From the NCBI GenBank assembly GCA_044222185.1, contig JBGANV010000005.1:256001-320000 (forward strand): a stretch of 64,000 nucleotides of DNA, read 5' to 3'. Below the pieces are notes generated by a model. It saw only the letters and a program-made list of their open reading frames with translations. It made no database searches and was not told where the DNA came from. How positions within the stretch are numbered: the stretch's first letter is position 1; every line of letters begins with the position of its first letter. Position numbers and translations under genes: made by a program. This DNA comes from Planctomycetota bacterium. GTDB taxonomy: Bacteria; Planctomycetota; GCA-002687715; CAIWVZ01. Below, one piece after another: positions 46,801-55,581 of this stretch.

Positions 46801-48175
46801 CCCTCCCGCGGTCGATCGCCGAGGACGCGGCTCGGATCTGCGCCGCATACGCCGCGCGCGCCGCCTGGTTCTTGTGGATGAGGGCCTCCTGCTCGGCGGC
46901 TCGCGCGCGGGCCGACTCCACCCGTTCACTCGCTGCGGCCTCCCTGGCGCGGACGGCGGCGCCGAGCGATATGGCGAGCGCGACCACGAAGATCACGAGG
47001 GTCGAAATGCCGGCGGTCACCGCGGCTTTCCTGCGAATCGCGAACAGCCGGAGCTGGTAGATCACGCTCGGCGGCCGGGCCAGGATCGGCTCCCTCGCGA
47101 GGTACCGCTCGAGGTCCGACGCGAGAGCTGCAGCGGTCTGGTAGCGCCGGTCCGGCACGGGATCGATCGCGGTCGAGATGATCGTGGCGACGTCTCGTGG
47201 GAGGTCCCTGCGGCGCCGCTCGGGCGGGACCGGAGGCGACTCTTGCACGCGAGCGAGCGCGACGGGGAGCGCGAGGCCGCGGAGGTCGTGAGGGAGGCTT
47301 CCCGTCAGGAGCTCATACCCGATCACGCCGAGAGCATGGACGTCCGTGCGGAAGTCGATCCGGGTCGGATCTCCGGCGGCCTGCTCGGGGCTCATGTAGG
47401 CGACGGTGCCGAGCACTTCCCCTGCGACCGTCTCGGCCCGGGGGGTGCTCGGGTCATCGCCGAGCGCGCGTGCCACTCCAAAGTCGAGGATCTTCGGCGA
47501 GCCGTCCGGCATCACGAGAACGTTGCCCGGCTTCAGGTCGCGGTGGATCACACCGCGGAGGTGTGCGTGGTGCGTGGCCTCGCACAGGCGGACGAGAAGG
47601 CGCAGGCGCGCCGCGAAGTCCGGCGTGGCGTCCTTTGCCCAGGTCGCGAGCGGGACGCCCTCGACGTACTCCATCGCGATGAACGGGACCGCTTCGCCGG
47701 ACCCGGCCCGTGCCTCGATGACTTGCGCGATCCCCGGGTGCTGGAGGCGGCCGAGGAGCTCGGCCTCGAGCTCGAAGCGGCGGGATGTGGACGAATCGAG
47801 GAGCACGCGCCGCAGCACCTTCACGGCCACGCGGCGTCGCGGTTGACTCTGTTCCGCTTCGTAGACGATGCCCATGCCGCCGCGGCCGATCGGTCGAACG
47901 ATGCGGTAGCCACCGACCGATGTCGGCATCTCCGTCGGCAACGAATCGCCGCAATCCGGCGCTTCGGCGACGGCGGAAGCGCTCATCACCCCGATTGCGT
48001 CGGCCGGCGTGCGCGGATCATCCTCATAAGCGAAGAGCCGCTCGACCTCGGCGAAGAGTTTCTGGTCTCCGCCGGCGGCGCGTTCCAGGAAGGCGCGCCG
48101 CTCGTTCCCGGCGAGGTCCCCGGCCTGGAGCCAGATCTCCTTGATCCGGGCATAGTCTTCCGGGCGCAGGTTCAT
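43829..48175 (-). CDS. Ser/Thr protein kinase with TM, WD40 repeats and C-terminal FG-GAP repeats
   Basis: GRGGMGIVY, VAVKV, HRDLKPGN, DFG, GTVAYMSPEQ; TM; WD40 (GHDSYVYDVEFAPDG, GHTGDVRSVSWSPDG); FG-GAP (FG...DLDGDG.PE..., DVDADGHPDLAVGAP). Start ATG at 48175. Confidence 0.92.
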   Translation of the reverse strand: MNLRPEDYARIKEIWLQAGDLAGNERRAFLERAAGGDQKLFAEVERLFAYEDDPRTPADAIGVMSASAVAEAPDCGDSLPTEMPTSVGGYRIVRPIGRGGMGIVYEAEQSQPRRRVAVKVLRRVLLDSSTSRRFELEAELLGRLQHPGIAQVIEARAGSGEAVPFIAMEYVEGVPLATWAKDATPDFAARLRLLVRLCEATHHAHLRGVIHRDLKPGNVLVMPDGSPKILDFGVARALGDDPSTPRAETVAGEVLGTVAYMSPEQAAGDPTRIDFRTDVHALGVIGYELLTGSLPHDLRGLALPVALARVQESPPVPPERRRRDLPRDVATIISTAIDPVPDRRYQTAAALASDLERYLAREPILARPPSVIYQLRLFAIRRKAAVTAGISTLVIFVVALAISLGAAVRAREAAASERVESARARAAEQEALIHKNQAARAAYAAQIRAASSAIDRGRGAEAARLLSQTEAVLRGWEWDHLASRLDTADLVLGESDDACGDVTFSANGRFVLTAVRSGSVQFRDLETYRIQKSIETGPHLASLDLSRDGRYLVTGHDGGSIELRDLETDVTKSFNVPESTASWSVRFFPAGDRVLLSTTRELRIWSVGTGACLAVKGNHCADVAPDGAQVVHSARDPALNINGFITMSDAATGERIGRVASFTEALRSFAFSPDGERIAVGTRHPGIHVLRRTTGERERYFRGRDQAVTAITWFPDGRQLATGSDAGSVDLWRVDGGVHLRSLLGLGAPVRRLVLAPDGRKIAAATETSVRVWDLAEDDDICVGRGHDSYVYDVEFAPDGRSLVTLAWDDTARLWCPWTARPRGLLTRGVKRPEGIAWSLDGNAIIAGIPNVHRFDVARGAVSREPRDAESWAGDVAWPGRVGDAAVAPGRVKIAFKETKARSELIVTDLPSGHERSRPIAPGPVAITIDRAGSRAAIAFKDSSVRIIDLATLEEIADLRGLAEPVFDVAFSPDGARLAGGDRAGEIHLWSTTSWEEIAVLLGHTGDVRSVSWSPDGTRLASASADKTIRIWSSLPRRMLFSSAATAAEAAAVSAPVVGTEREAQAHGAASPPLRSIAGGVGTGFGRQVVVVDLDGDGRPEIVAAAPETPPLQTGAVEVYDATTLERRFTIPGGHAGDRFGSAMVVLGDVDADGHPDLAVGAPGFDGGEGTDCGAVMIVSGADGRVLRTLEGTVASSRFGRHVAALDDLDGDRIPELAVVAEAERGCEVRVVSPRMGAVLRTFSAERSDPPVQAVGDADGDGKRDIALTVGSWIEVVSSGAGTVLRRIPLPAGESGRRGVLSSGDGDRDGFPEFVVSSGGGPGKHEHRVALIGAASSEPLWTREFRFPHRRGRILNAGDLDGDGFVDVAVQDPIPDDPPTPGVHPLRVLSGRSGQEIFSLQLPGECATAVLRCDLDGDGAAEQLVSQPDDSPPRLLIFPAPVTRSGVR

Positions 48176-48257
48176 GTGGATGACGCGCGCCGAACCGCCG
48201 CTTCGAGGAGAGGCGCAACGCCCCTGCGGGTCTCCGAGCCGGGGGCGGCGCGCAGCA

Positions 48258-48860
48258 TCACGGCGTGTCCGCCTGGTGGCGATCGATCTCGGAGAGGAGG
48301 AGTGAGCGGGCGAGCCCGAGCTGCCGGGTGACGGTGGCGCGTGAGACGCCGAGCTGCAGCGCGATCTGGTCACCGGTCAGGCCGCCGAAATAATGCCACT
48401 CGGTGATGCGCACCAGCTCGGGATCGAGTTGTCCGAGCCACGTCAGCGCCTTGTCCAGCACGATGAGGTCGACGGCGGCGGAGGAGGCGCCGCTGACAGC
48501 GAGTCCGTTCAGGGTGACCCGGTCCCAGCCGCCGCCGCGCTTGTCGGCCGCGCGCCGGCGCGCGTGGTCCGTGAGGACCTGCCGCATCGCGTGAGCCCCG
48601 AATCCGAGGAGGCGGCCACGCGTCAGGTCGTCGGAACCGAGGCCCGGGAGGAGCCGAAGCACGGCCTCATTCACGACGTCGGTCGGAGCCAGCGTGTGCT
48701 CCCGCCGTTCGCGAGCGAGGTAGGCCCGCGCGATGATCCGAAGCTCGTCGTAGACGCGGGCGAGCACACGGTTGCGGGCGTCGGTGTCGTCGGAGGCGAG
48801 GTCGCGCGCGAGATCCGGGGATGCCCCGGATGGCGATGGCTGCGAGGCTGGTGGGCACAT
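48258..48860 (-). CDS. ECF sigma factor, TIGR02999/ECF43-like (kinase-associated)
   Basis: VYDELRIIARAYL...HTLAPTDVVNEAVLRL...AMRQVLTDHARRRAADKRGG...YFGGLT. Directly upstream of the kinase. Confidence 0.9.
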   Translation of the reverse strand: MCPPASQPSPSGASPDLARDLASDDTDARNRVLARVYDELRIIARAYLARERREHTLAPTDVVNEAVLRLLPGLGSDDLTRGRLLGFGAHAMRQVLTDHARRRAADKRGGGWDRVTLNGLAVSGASSAAVDLIVLDKALTWLGQLDPELVRITEWHYFGGLTGDQIALQLGVSRATVTRQLGLARSLLLSEIDRHQADTP

Positions 48861-49128
48861 GCGAGGGATGGGCCCATCGTAACCGCGCCCCGCGCAGCGG
48901 GGCTCCGCCGGCCGACCGCGTCTGCCGGGCGCGAACGCCCGACGCGGTGCGCAGGGTGCCGCACGCCGAATGTGCCTGCGCAGGAAACTTCGTCTGCGGC
49001 CGGTCGCCGTCTCAGCCGTTTTCGAAGCGAAGTTGACGCAGCCGGGCGCGGGCTGCGCATTCGGGATGACGGGGTGGCGCGCGTGGCGCCCCCGACCCGA
49101 TCCAACTCAATCGACACAAGGTGACCTC

Positions 49129-51126
49129 ATGAGATCTCTCCGACGCACGATCGCGAATGCCCTGTGCCTGGCACTCGGACTTGCAGCCGTCAGCTCAGCC
49201 CAGACCCAGGTGTTCGCGTACACCGGCAGCCTCCAGTCATTGGTCGTTCCGCCCGGCGTTTTCCAGGCCTACGTCCTCGCGGACGGCGCGAAGGGCGGGA
49301 ACGCGCTGGGAACCGGGGCGGTCGGCGGTGCAGGCGGCCGCATCGAGGCGCTCTTCAACGTGACGCCCGGCACATCCCTTCAAATCGTCGTCGGCAGACG
49401 GGGCACGAACACGACGAACGACAACGGCGGTGGCGGGGGCGGAGCCTCGTACGTCACGGTCGGCGGCGGCTATCCGGACTTCGCGACGCCGCTCATCGTT
49501 GCCGGCGGCGGCGGTGGCGGAAGCCGGCCGATCTCCGCAGCGATCGGCCCCGGCGGAGCCGGCGGAGTTCTGCTCGGGGGCAGTGGCCTCGGCGGGAACG
49601 GCGGCGGCGGTGCGGGCGGGGGCGGCATCCTCGGTAACGGGCAGCTCAGTTTCTGGGGTGGCGGAGCTGGAAGCGCCGCGATCAACGGCGCCGCAGGCGG
49701 AGCCCCGCATTCCTTCGCGACTGGCGGAGCGGGTGGCTACGGAGGCGGGGCCGGCGCGGGCGGCCGCGAGGGCGGTGGCGGCGGCGGCTACACGGGCGGC
49801 CGAGGCGCGCCGAGCAACGGCAACGCGCACGGAGGGAGCTCCTTCGCGAGTTGCACGTCGGTCATGACGAATACGCCGGGCGGCTCGCCGGGCCCCGACG
49901 GGCAAGTGATCGTCTCGTTCATCGCGCCCGCGTCCTATGCGTTCACCGGTTCACTGCAGAGCTACGTCGTCCCACTCGGGGTCAATGAGGTGGCCATCAC
50001 GGCGGCCGGCGCGAAGGGTGGAAACGCCCAGGGGGCCGGTGCGGTGGGAGGTTTCGGGGCAACCGTCCAGGCGACCCTGCCGGTGGTCCCGGGAAGCGTC
50101 CTGCAGATCGTCGTCGGTCGTCATGGGAACAACACGACGAACAACAACGGCGGTGGCGGCGGCGGGGCCTCCTACGTTGCCGTCGGCGGCGGCTACCCTG
50201 CCTTCGCGACACCGCTCATCGTTGCCGGCGGTGGTGGCGGCGGCAGCCGGCCGCTCTTCGCCGGCGTCGGTCCTGGCGGAGTTGGCGGTGCACTGCTCGG
50301 CGGCACCGGGCTCGGAGGGATCGGCAGCGGCGGTGCGGGCGGCGGGGGCATCATCGGTAACGGGCAGCTCAGTTTCTGGGGTGGCGGGGCCGGAATCGCT
50401 GCGATCAACGGCGCCACAGGCGGAGCGGCCCACTCGTCCGCAACCGGCGGTGGTGGCGGCTACGGCGGTGGTGCAGGTGCTGGCGGCCGCGAAGGAGCGG
50501 GGGGCGGCGGCTACACCGGTGGCGACGGTGCGCCAGGCAACGGCAACGCGCTCGGAGGAACGTCATTCGCCGCACCCTCCGCGACGGACGTCGTCCACAC
50601 GCCCGGCGGCAACTCCAGCGTCGACGGATCGGTGACCATCGTCCCGGTGATTCCGAACGTGGCCGGCGTCCTGAGTCTGCTCACCGACGTCGTGCCCTCG
50701 ATCTCGGCGCCCACCAGCCTGACGTCGGTGACGCCCAAGGCCGTCACCGCGGGCGAGGTGATGCGCTGGGTCGTGAATCAGGGCACGAGCCCGTGCTCGG
50801 GAGTCCCGCTCATCCTCGTCGCGAACGCTGGCGCCGAGGCCGCCTCGGAGGCCACGACGGCTGGCGTGCCCGGGTTCAAGCGATTCAGCAACCTCTCCGT
50901 TCCGACCGGGACGGCACTGGTCCTGGGCGATGGCTTCGGCCTGGGGACCCTGATCGGCATCCCGCTCGGCCCGATCGGCCCCAACTTCGTCGGCGATGCG
51001 CCGGTCGGGATCTCGCTGCCGAGCGGACTTCCCCCCGGATTCGAGATCCGGCTCCAGGCGGTGTCGTACTGCCCATGCGCTGGCGGGATCACCGTCTCGA
51101 ACGAAGCATCCTTCATCACGCAGTGA
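49129..51126 (+). CDS. Secreted protein with two tandem glycine-rich (ALK/LTK-like) domains and shared C-terminal domain
   Basis: Signal ...AVSSA|Q; two ~241-aa units (TGSLQS.VVP.GV...GAKGG...LQIVVGR.G...GGGGGASYV...PLIVAGGGGG), 723 bp apart; C-terminus ...FEIRLQAV...GITVSNEASFITQ. Confidence 0.85.
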   Translation: MRSLRRTIANALCLALGLAAVSSAQTQVFAYTGSLQSLVVPPGVFQAYVLADGAKGGNALGTGAVGGAGGRIEALFNVTPGTSLQIVVGRRGTNTTNDNGGGGGGASYVTVGGGYPDFATPLIVAGGGGGGSRPISAAIGPGGAGGVLLGGSGLGGNGGGGAGGGGILGNGQLSFWGGGAGSAAINGAAGGAPHSFATGGAGGYGGGAGAGGREGGGGGGYTGGRGAPSNGNAHGGSSFASCTSVMTNTPGGSPGPDGQVIVSFIAPASYAFTGSLQSYVVPLGVNEVAITAAGAKGGNAQGAGAVGGFGATVQATLPVVPGSVLQIVVGRHGNNTTNNNGGGGGGASYVAVGGGYPAFATPLIVAGGGGGGSRPLFAGVGPGGVGGALLGGTGLGGIGSGGAGGGGIIGNGQLSFWGGGAGIAAINGATGGAAHSSATGGGGGYGGGAGAGGREGAGGGGYTGGDGAPGNGNALGGTSFAAPSATDVVHTPGGNSSVDGSVTIVPVIPNVAGVLSLLTDVVPSISAPTSLTSVTPKAVTAGEVMRWVVNQGTSPCSGVPLILVANAGAEAASEATTAGVPGFKRFSNLSVPTGTALVLGDGFGLGTLIGIPLGPIGPNFVGDAPVGISLPSGLPPGFEIRLQAVSYCPCAGGITVSNEASFITQ

Positions 51127-51800
51127 CGCCGAGCGAGCCGTCGAGGCGGCTGCAATCTCGGTCCCCACCACCCCGCGAGTTTCTCCGGCAGTTGCACCGG
51201 GCCGACATTCGCGGGGTTCGCCGCCTCGAAATCGATTCTCTTTCAGCGGAGCGCCGGATGGACCTGGCCGCGGTCATCGTTGGCGGCCGGTGGTTGATGC
51301 GCCTGCCGAGGCTGCCGCACTCGAGCTTGCGGACGAGCCGGCCGCCGGCCATCGCGTGCGCAGCACGTTTGGGAGGGCGCGCGCACCGAGGTGCGGGCTC
51401 GGCATTCGACTTCTCGACGGCGCCCGGTACGCGTCGCCCCGAGGCCGCAAAGCCCGTCGAGGAGTCCTTCGACGAGCGGTTGCTCCGCCGGTCGCGGCGC
51501 GCACGTCGAAACGCGCCGCCGAACCAGTTCATCGGGGGGTACATTCGTCCGCGTTCGTTGCGGGGCACTCGGAGCCGGTCTCATTCACGCCGGGTTCGTT
51601 GCAACATTCGGAAGACTAAACCGATCCAGTTCACGTGCGGCGCGGTGACGACCACGAACGATGCACGACGAGCGAGGTCAAGCCGTTGGCCTGGCGTGAC
51701 CCGCGCCGAGAACCAGATGTCGGTGCCCGAATGGCGACTCACCGGTCATCGAAGCTCGATACAGACGGTTCGCCGGCGGGGTCGCGTTTGGGGGTGCCAC

Positions 51801-53312
51801 ATGCCGAGGTTCCGAACGATCGTAGGGATGTTTGCCGTCGGATGCCTGTTCGGAGGATCGGCGGCCGGTCAGGTGCTTCATTTCGGGGCCCCGATCCTCA
51901 ATCTCGATGTCAGCGCGTCGCCGCAGCCGGCGGCTCTGCGCGGGATGCGGGTCACGGTAACCTGGGTGAACCCATCGACGAGTGCGAGCTCGCTCCAGAT
52001 CGTCGAGACGAACTCCAGCGGTCAGATCCCCTTTCCCGCAGGCCTCACGCCCCAGACGGCAATCGTCCTCGGGCCGCGTTCGCCGCGGATCATGGTCAAG
52101 CGGCCGCTCAATCTGCCGACCATCAACCTCATCCCGGGGCCATGGACTGTCACTGCGGATTACACGACGCAGCCGCTGGCGGTCGACGTCACCACACTGC
52201 CTTCGTCCCTGGCGCCCGTGCTGCCCCAACTCCCACCGCATCTCACCATCGCCGAGTGCTCTGCATTCCAACATGTCTACGACGCGGATATCGCGCTCGC
52301 CCAGAAGACCGGGACCACGTTCACGACGCTCCTCGACGTTGGCTTCGTGGCTTCTCCGGGCAGCTCCGTGCCGCAGTTCATCCACGGAAGCGCCGGCGTG
52401 GGTGCGCAGAACGATCGCATCGAGATCTACACCGGCGGGTCGAGCAACCCCCTCGACCCGAACTCCGCGCCGGCCGGTTGTTCGCCGTCGATCCTGGCCC
52501 ACGAACTCGCCCATCGAACGATCCACTTCCGGTATGGGGCCGGGATCAACATCGGCGGACTGATCGATGAGGCCCTCGCGGACTTTCTCTCGAGTGTTGC
52601 CACCGGGTCTCCGGTGATCGGCTCAGGGGTGCTCGCCACCCCGAGGGACCTTCGGATCGTCACGATGCAGGGACAATCGGGCGGGTCGGTCGCGCACCAG
52701 GCACTGCCGCTTTCCAGCGCTCTGTATCGGACGCGCGAGGCATATGCGGCGCACGACGGAACGGCGGCCGCGTTCGACGCCATGATCCCCGGCCTGCTCT
52801 CGCTGCCCGTGCCGCCCGCGACTTTCGAGGAGGTCCTCTGCGGACTGCTCAACCTCGACCTCGCCCAGCAGGGCGGCGCCTACCGAAACCTCATCCTGAA
52901 CGTCTTCGTGCAGCACGGGATCATCGCGCCCCTATCGTGCTTTCCGCCGGTTTTGACGACCCCCGGCGGCTGGGGAGCAGGATCGAGCCCGCCGCCGCAG
53001 GCGGCGGGCACGGCGTCAATTTCGAATTCGACGATCGCGATCACGGCGACGACCTCCGCGCCGCGTCAGGGACTTGCGGTCGTCAGCAGCCTCCCGCAGT
53101 TTCCGACGCTCGTCGCGCCACAGCTCTACGTTGCGGTCGACCTTTCGACGCTCGTGATCGGACCCGCCGTCGCCACGAATGCGACAGGGCATTTCACGCT
53201 GACGTCCTACTTGCCGCCAGGACTGCCGCCATTCGTCTTGGAGTTCGTGTTTGCCAACCCTGCGGGACCGTTCGGAGTCGAAGTCTCGAACGGCCTGCTC
53301 ATCCACAGTTGA
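51801..53312 (+). CDS. Secreted gluzincin (M4/M36-like) zinc metalloprotease with shared C-terminal domain
   Basis: Signal ...GSAAG|Q; ILAHELAH followed by GGLIDEALADF (third zinc ligand); PRDL; C-terminus ...GPFGVEVSNGLLIHS. Confidence 0.78.
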   Translation: MPRFRTIVGMFAVGCLFGGSAAGQVLHFGAPILNLDVSASPQPAALRGMRVTVTWVNPSTSASSLQIVETNSSGQIPFPAGLTPQTAIVLGPRSPRIMVKRPLNLPTINLIPGPWTVTADYTTQPLAVDVTTLPSSLAPVLPQLPPHLTIAECSAFQHVYDADIALAQKTGTTFTTLLDVGFVASPGSSVPQFIHGSAGVGAQNDRIEIYTGGSSNPLDPNSAPAGCSPSILAHELAHRTIHFRYGAGINIGGLIDEALADFLSSVATGSPVIGSGVLATPRDLRIVTMQGQSGGSVAHQALPLSSALYRTREAYAAHDGTAAAFDAMIPGLLSLPVPPATFEEVLCGLLNLDLAQQGGAYRNLILNVFVQHGIIAPLSCFPPVLTTPGGWGAGSSPPPQAAGTASISNSTIAITATTSAPRQGLAVVSSLPQFPTLVAPQLYVAVDLSTLVIGPAVATNATGHFTLTSYLPPGLPPFVLEFVFANPAGPFGVEVSNGLLIHS

Positions 53313-53432
53313 CGCCCGGCGTGCCTTCGCATTCGCGTCGGCGCTCACATGGGTGTCCCACGATCGTCGACGCAGAGGGCTCGTCATCGCCGCAATCGCG
53401 CGTGGCGTTCACCGTGTTTTCGACGAAGCCAG

Positions 53433-53771
53433 TCACCGCAGAGCGAATGCGATGGACAGGCCGATCCCGACGATCGCGAGGGTGATCCAGAGGGCCAGGA
53501 GGACGCGACGGCGTCGATGGCTCTGATATCGGCTCCACCCCTGGCCATCGAGGAAGTGCCGGTCGTTGGGGGCGACACGCACGGCTCCTCCTCGAACGAG
53601 AGCCTCGAGGCGCCGCCTGTCGAGCGAACGTTTGGGCGTCAAGGAAATGGCGGTTTCAGCCGTCACTGCGCCGGCATCCGTGAGCGATCTGTGGATTCGC
53701 GCCTCGGACCGCCGCATCGCAATGGCGACGACGAGCGGGATCATGGTCGGGATGAATGCGGCTGCGCTCAT
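53433..53771 (-). CDS. Small hypothetical membrane protein
   Basis: Hydrophobic N- and C-termini around L.DAGAVTAETAI.L...L.RGGAVR...FLD...RRRR. Confidence 0.6.
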   Translation of the reverse strand: MSAAAFIPTMIPLVVAIAMRRSEARIHRSLTDAGAVTAETAISLTPKRSLDRRRLEALVRGGAVRVAPNDRHFLDGQGWSRYQSHRRRRVLLALWITLAIVGIGLSIAFALR

Positions 53772-54569
53772 GAGAGGGCCCCCGTCGTCGGCACACCGGA
53801 CGATTCGGCTCACCCGCATCGCTGGCCGCACGCAGCCCGCGACGGGTGGAGCCGCATGCTACAGCGCTCGCCGGGCTCCGCGTGGAGGTTCCGGACTCGA
53901 GCACGAATTCCGGGCGAGCACCGCGACAGGCTGGCCGCCTCTCAGCGGGGCCGGTCGGCGGTGGAACTCGGGCCGCTGCATCGCAGCTCGGACGTACGTT
54001 CGACCCGTATCGCCGAAGAGTCCAGCGCTGACGTTCAACGTCAAACGGGAGGGCAGGAAGCCGATCTCGTTGACGACGTTCCGGCCGTTGAACCGGATCA
54101 GTGCTCCAATTCCCTCAGAGCGCGGTCACACCCGCGATCAGGCGCTGATCAAGGCCACGGACGCCTTGCTCGGAGCCTTCCAACAGCGCCCAAACGCCCC
54201 CGCGCGTGCGCGGCACGCGGCGCCGGACTACGCAGGCCGACTGAATGTCACGCTCACGCGCGTCGGCGACGAGGTCACCGCGCGTCATGCGGATCGGTCT
54301 GGCGAAACGATCCAGTCTTCCGCGACGACCACACTTGGGACCGCACCGGCCGCCGGGATCAGCTCTTCGACGTTCTCCTCGGATGCGCGCTCGCACCGTC
54401 GGTGCACGATTTGGCGCGGTCTGCGACGCCAGTCAGGCGAAGCCGACTCCCATTCGGTGCGCAGTCGACGTTCGGATCTCCACGAGCGATCCCGGCCTCG
54501 CCGCCCTGCACCCGATGACGACGTCCTGGAAGGGTCAGCGCCTCGCGCACTTCGGTTGGACGTTCGGTC

Positions 54570-54895
54570 TCACTGATGGAAGGCCTGGAAACCGCCCCGA
54601 TCATGAAGGCCCATGCACCGCACCGTGCTCCGTCTTCGATGCTCGCCCCCGATGCCAAAGCGCAGGCCGAGAGCGTCAGGCATGAGTGGAACAACTGTTG
54701 GACGGCGATCGGTGCCCGCGCCGTCAACTACCTCCACACCGCGACATCTCTCCATGACCTGCCGGCGAGAGACGACAGCAGCACCAGCCCTGCCACGCCC
54801 GGCATCGCGACGAGCAGCCCCGCGGCGACCAACGCGCCCACCCCAACCCCAAGCGCGCCGGCCTTCCACCAATCCAGGTGATCGAACCGGCGCAT
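54570..54895 (-). pseudogene. Possible interrupted membrane-protein gene
   Basis: MRRFDHLDWWKAGALGVGVGALVAAGLLV... stops at TAG 54728-54730, and a hydrophobic reading continues in the same frame. No family recognised. Confidence 0.25.
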
Positions 54896-55064
54896 CGTGG
54901 ATGCAGGACGTCTGAGTTGCACGGGGCAACTCATACAGCCGCGATCGGAGTTGGCACCGAACGCATGCCGCGCCGGGCTCTTGATCGGGTGCGCCGGCAA
55001 GCGCGTCGGTCGGCGCATGGCGCAGCGAACGAGGGTCTCTGGCCACCTACGCATGAGCCCGGCG

Positions 55065-55469
55065 TCACGCAACAGTCGGGGCCCTCCGCTCCGCCGAGCC
55101 CATCCCGCCGTCGCGCCGCCGCATGCGCGAGAAGACGTACAGGTTCCCGAAGTGCATCGCACCGAGCACGAGCAGCACGAGGCCGATCTTCGTCGAGAAG
55201 AACTCGATGGCGGTCACGGAGTCGGTCGGCTTGGCTCCGTAGCGCAGCGCCAGGGTCACGTATCCCGTGTTGATCAGGTAGAACCCGACGAGCAGCAGGT
55301 GATTGATCGAATCCGCCAGCTTCTCGTTGCCGTGGGTGGCGTCGACGAGGAAGATCCGCCCGTTCTTGTGCAGCGTCTGCGCGACCCAGACCGTGAGTCC
55401 GATGCTGGCGAGCAGGTAGGTCACGTAGGTCCAGACGACGACCGCGCCATGCGCTTGAGCGATTTCCAC
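55065..55469 (-). CDS. Conserved hypothetical 3-TM membrane protein
   Basis: GTG start after GGAG; LTVWVAQTLHKNGRIFLVD...LADSINHLLLVGFYLIN.GY...KIGLVLLVLGAMHF.N. Confidence 0.8.
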   Translation of the reverse strand: MEIAQAHGAVVVWTYVTYLLASIGLTVWVAQTLHKNGRIFLVDATHGNEKLADSINHLLLVGFYLINTGYVTLALRYGAKPTDSVTAIEFFSTKIGLVLLVLGAMHFGNLYVFSRMRRRDGGMGSAERRAPTVA

Positions 55470-55581
55470 GAGGGTTCTCCGGTTTCGGGGACGGTCCAGG
55501 CCGACGGGACGACTTGCCCGAGGCGCGGATCCATGGAGCCCATACCGGATCGGGACCGACGCGTTGCGCGCCCGACGAAAT

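Noticed and set aside
48983-49014. ECF-type promoter GGAAACTT...CGTCT upstream of the Gly-rich gene
   Set aside because: AAC-to-CGT spacing is 19 nt, longer than the usual 16-17, and the cognate motif is unknown.
51130-51800. N-terminal extension of the metalloprotease ORF (track start 50793)
   Set aside because: Arg-rich non-protein-like reading that overlaps the upstream gene; the signal peptide begins at 51801.
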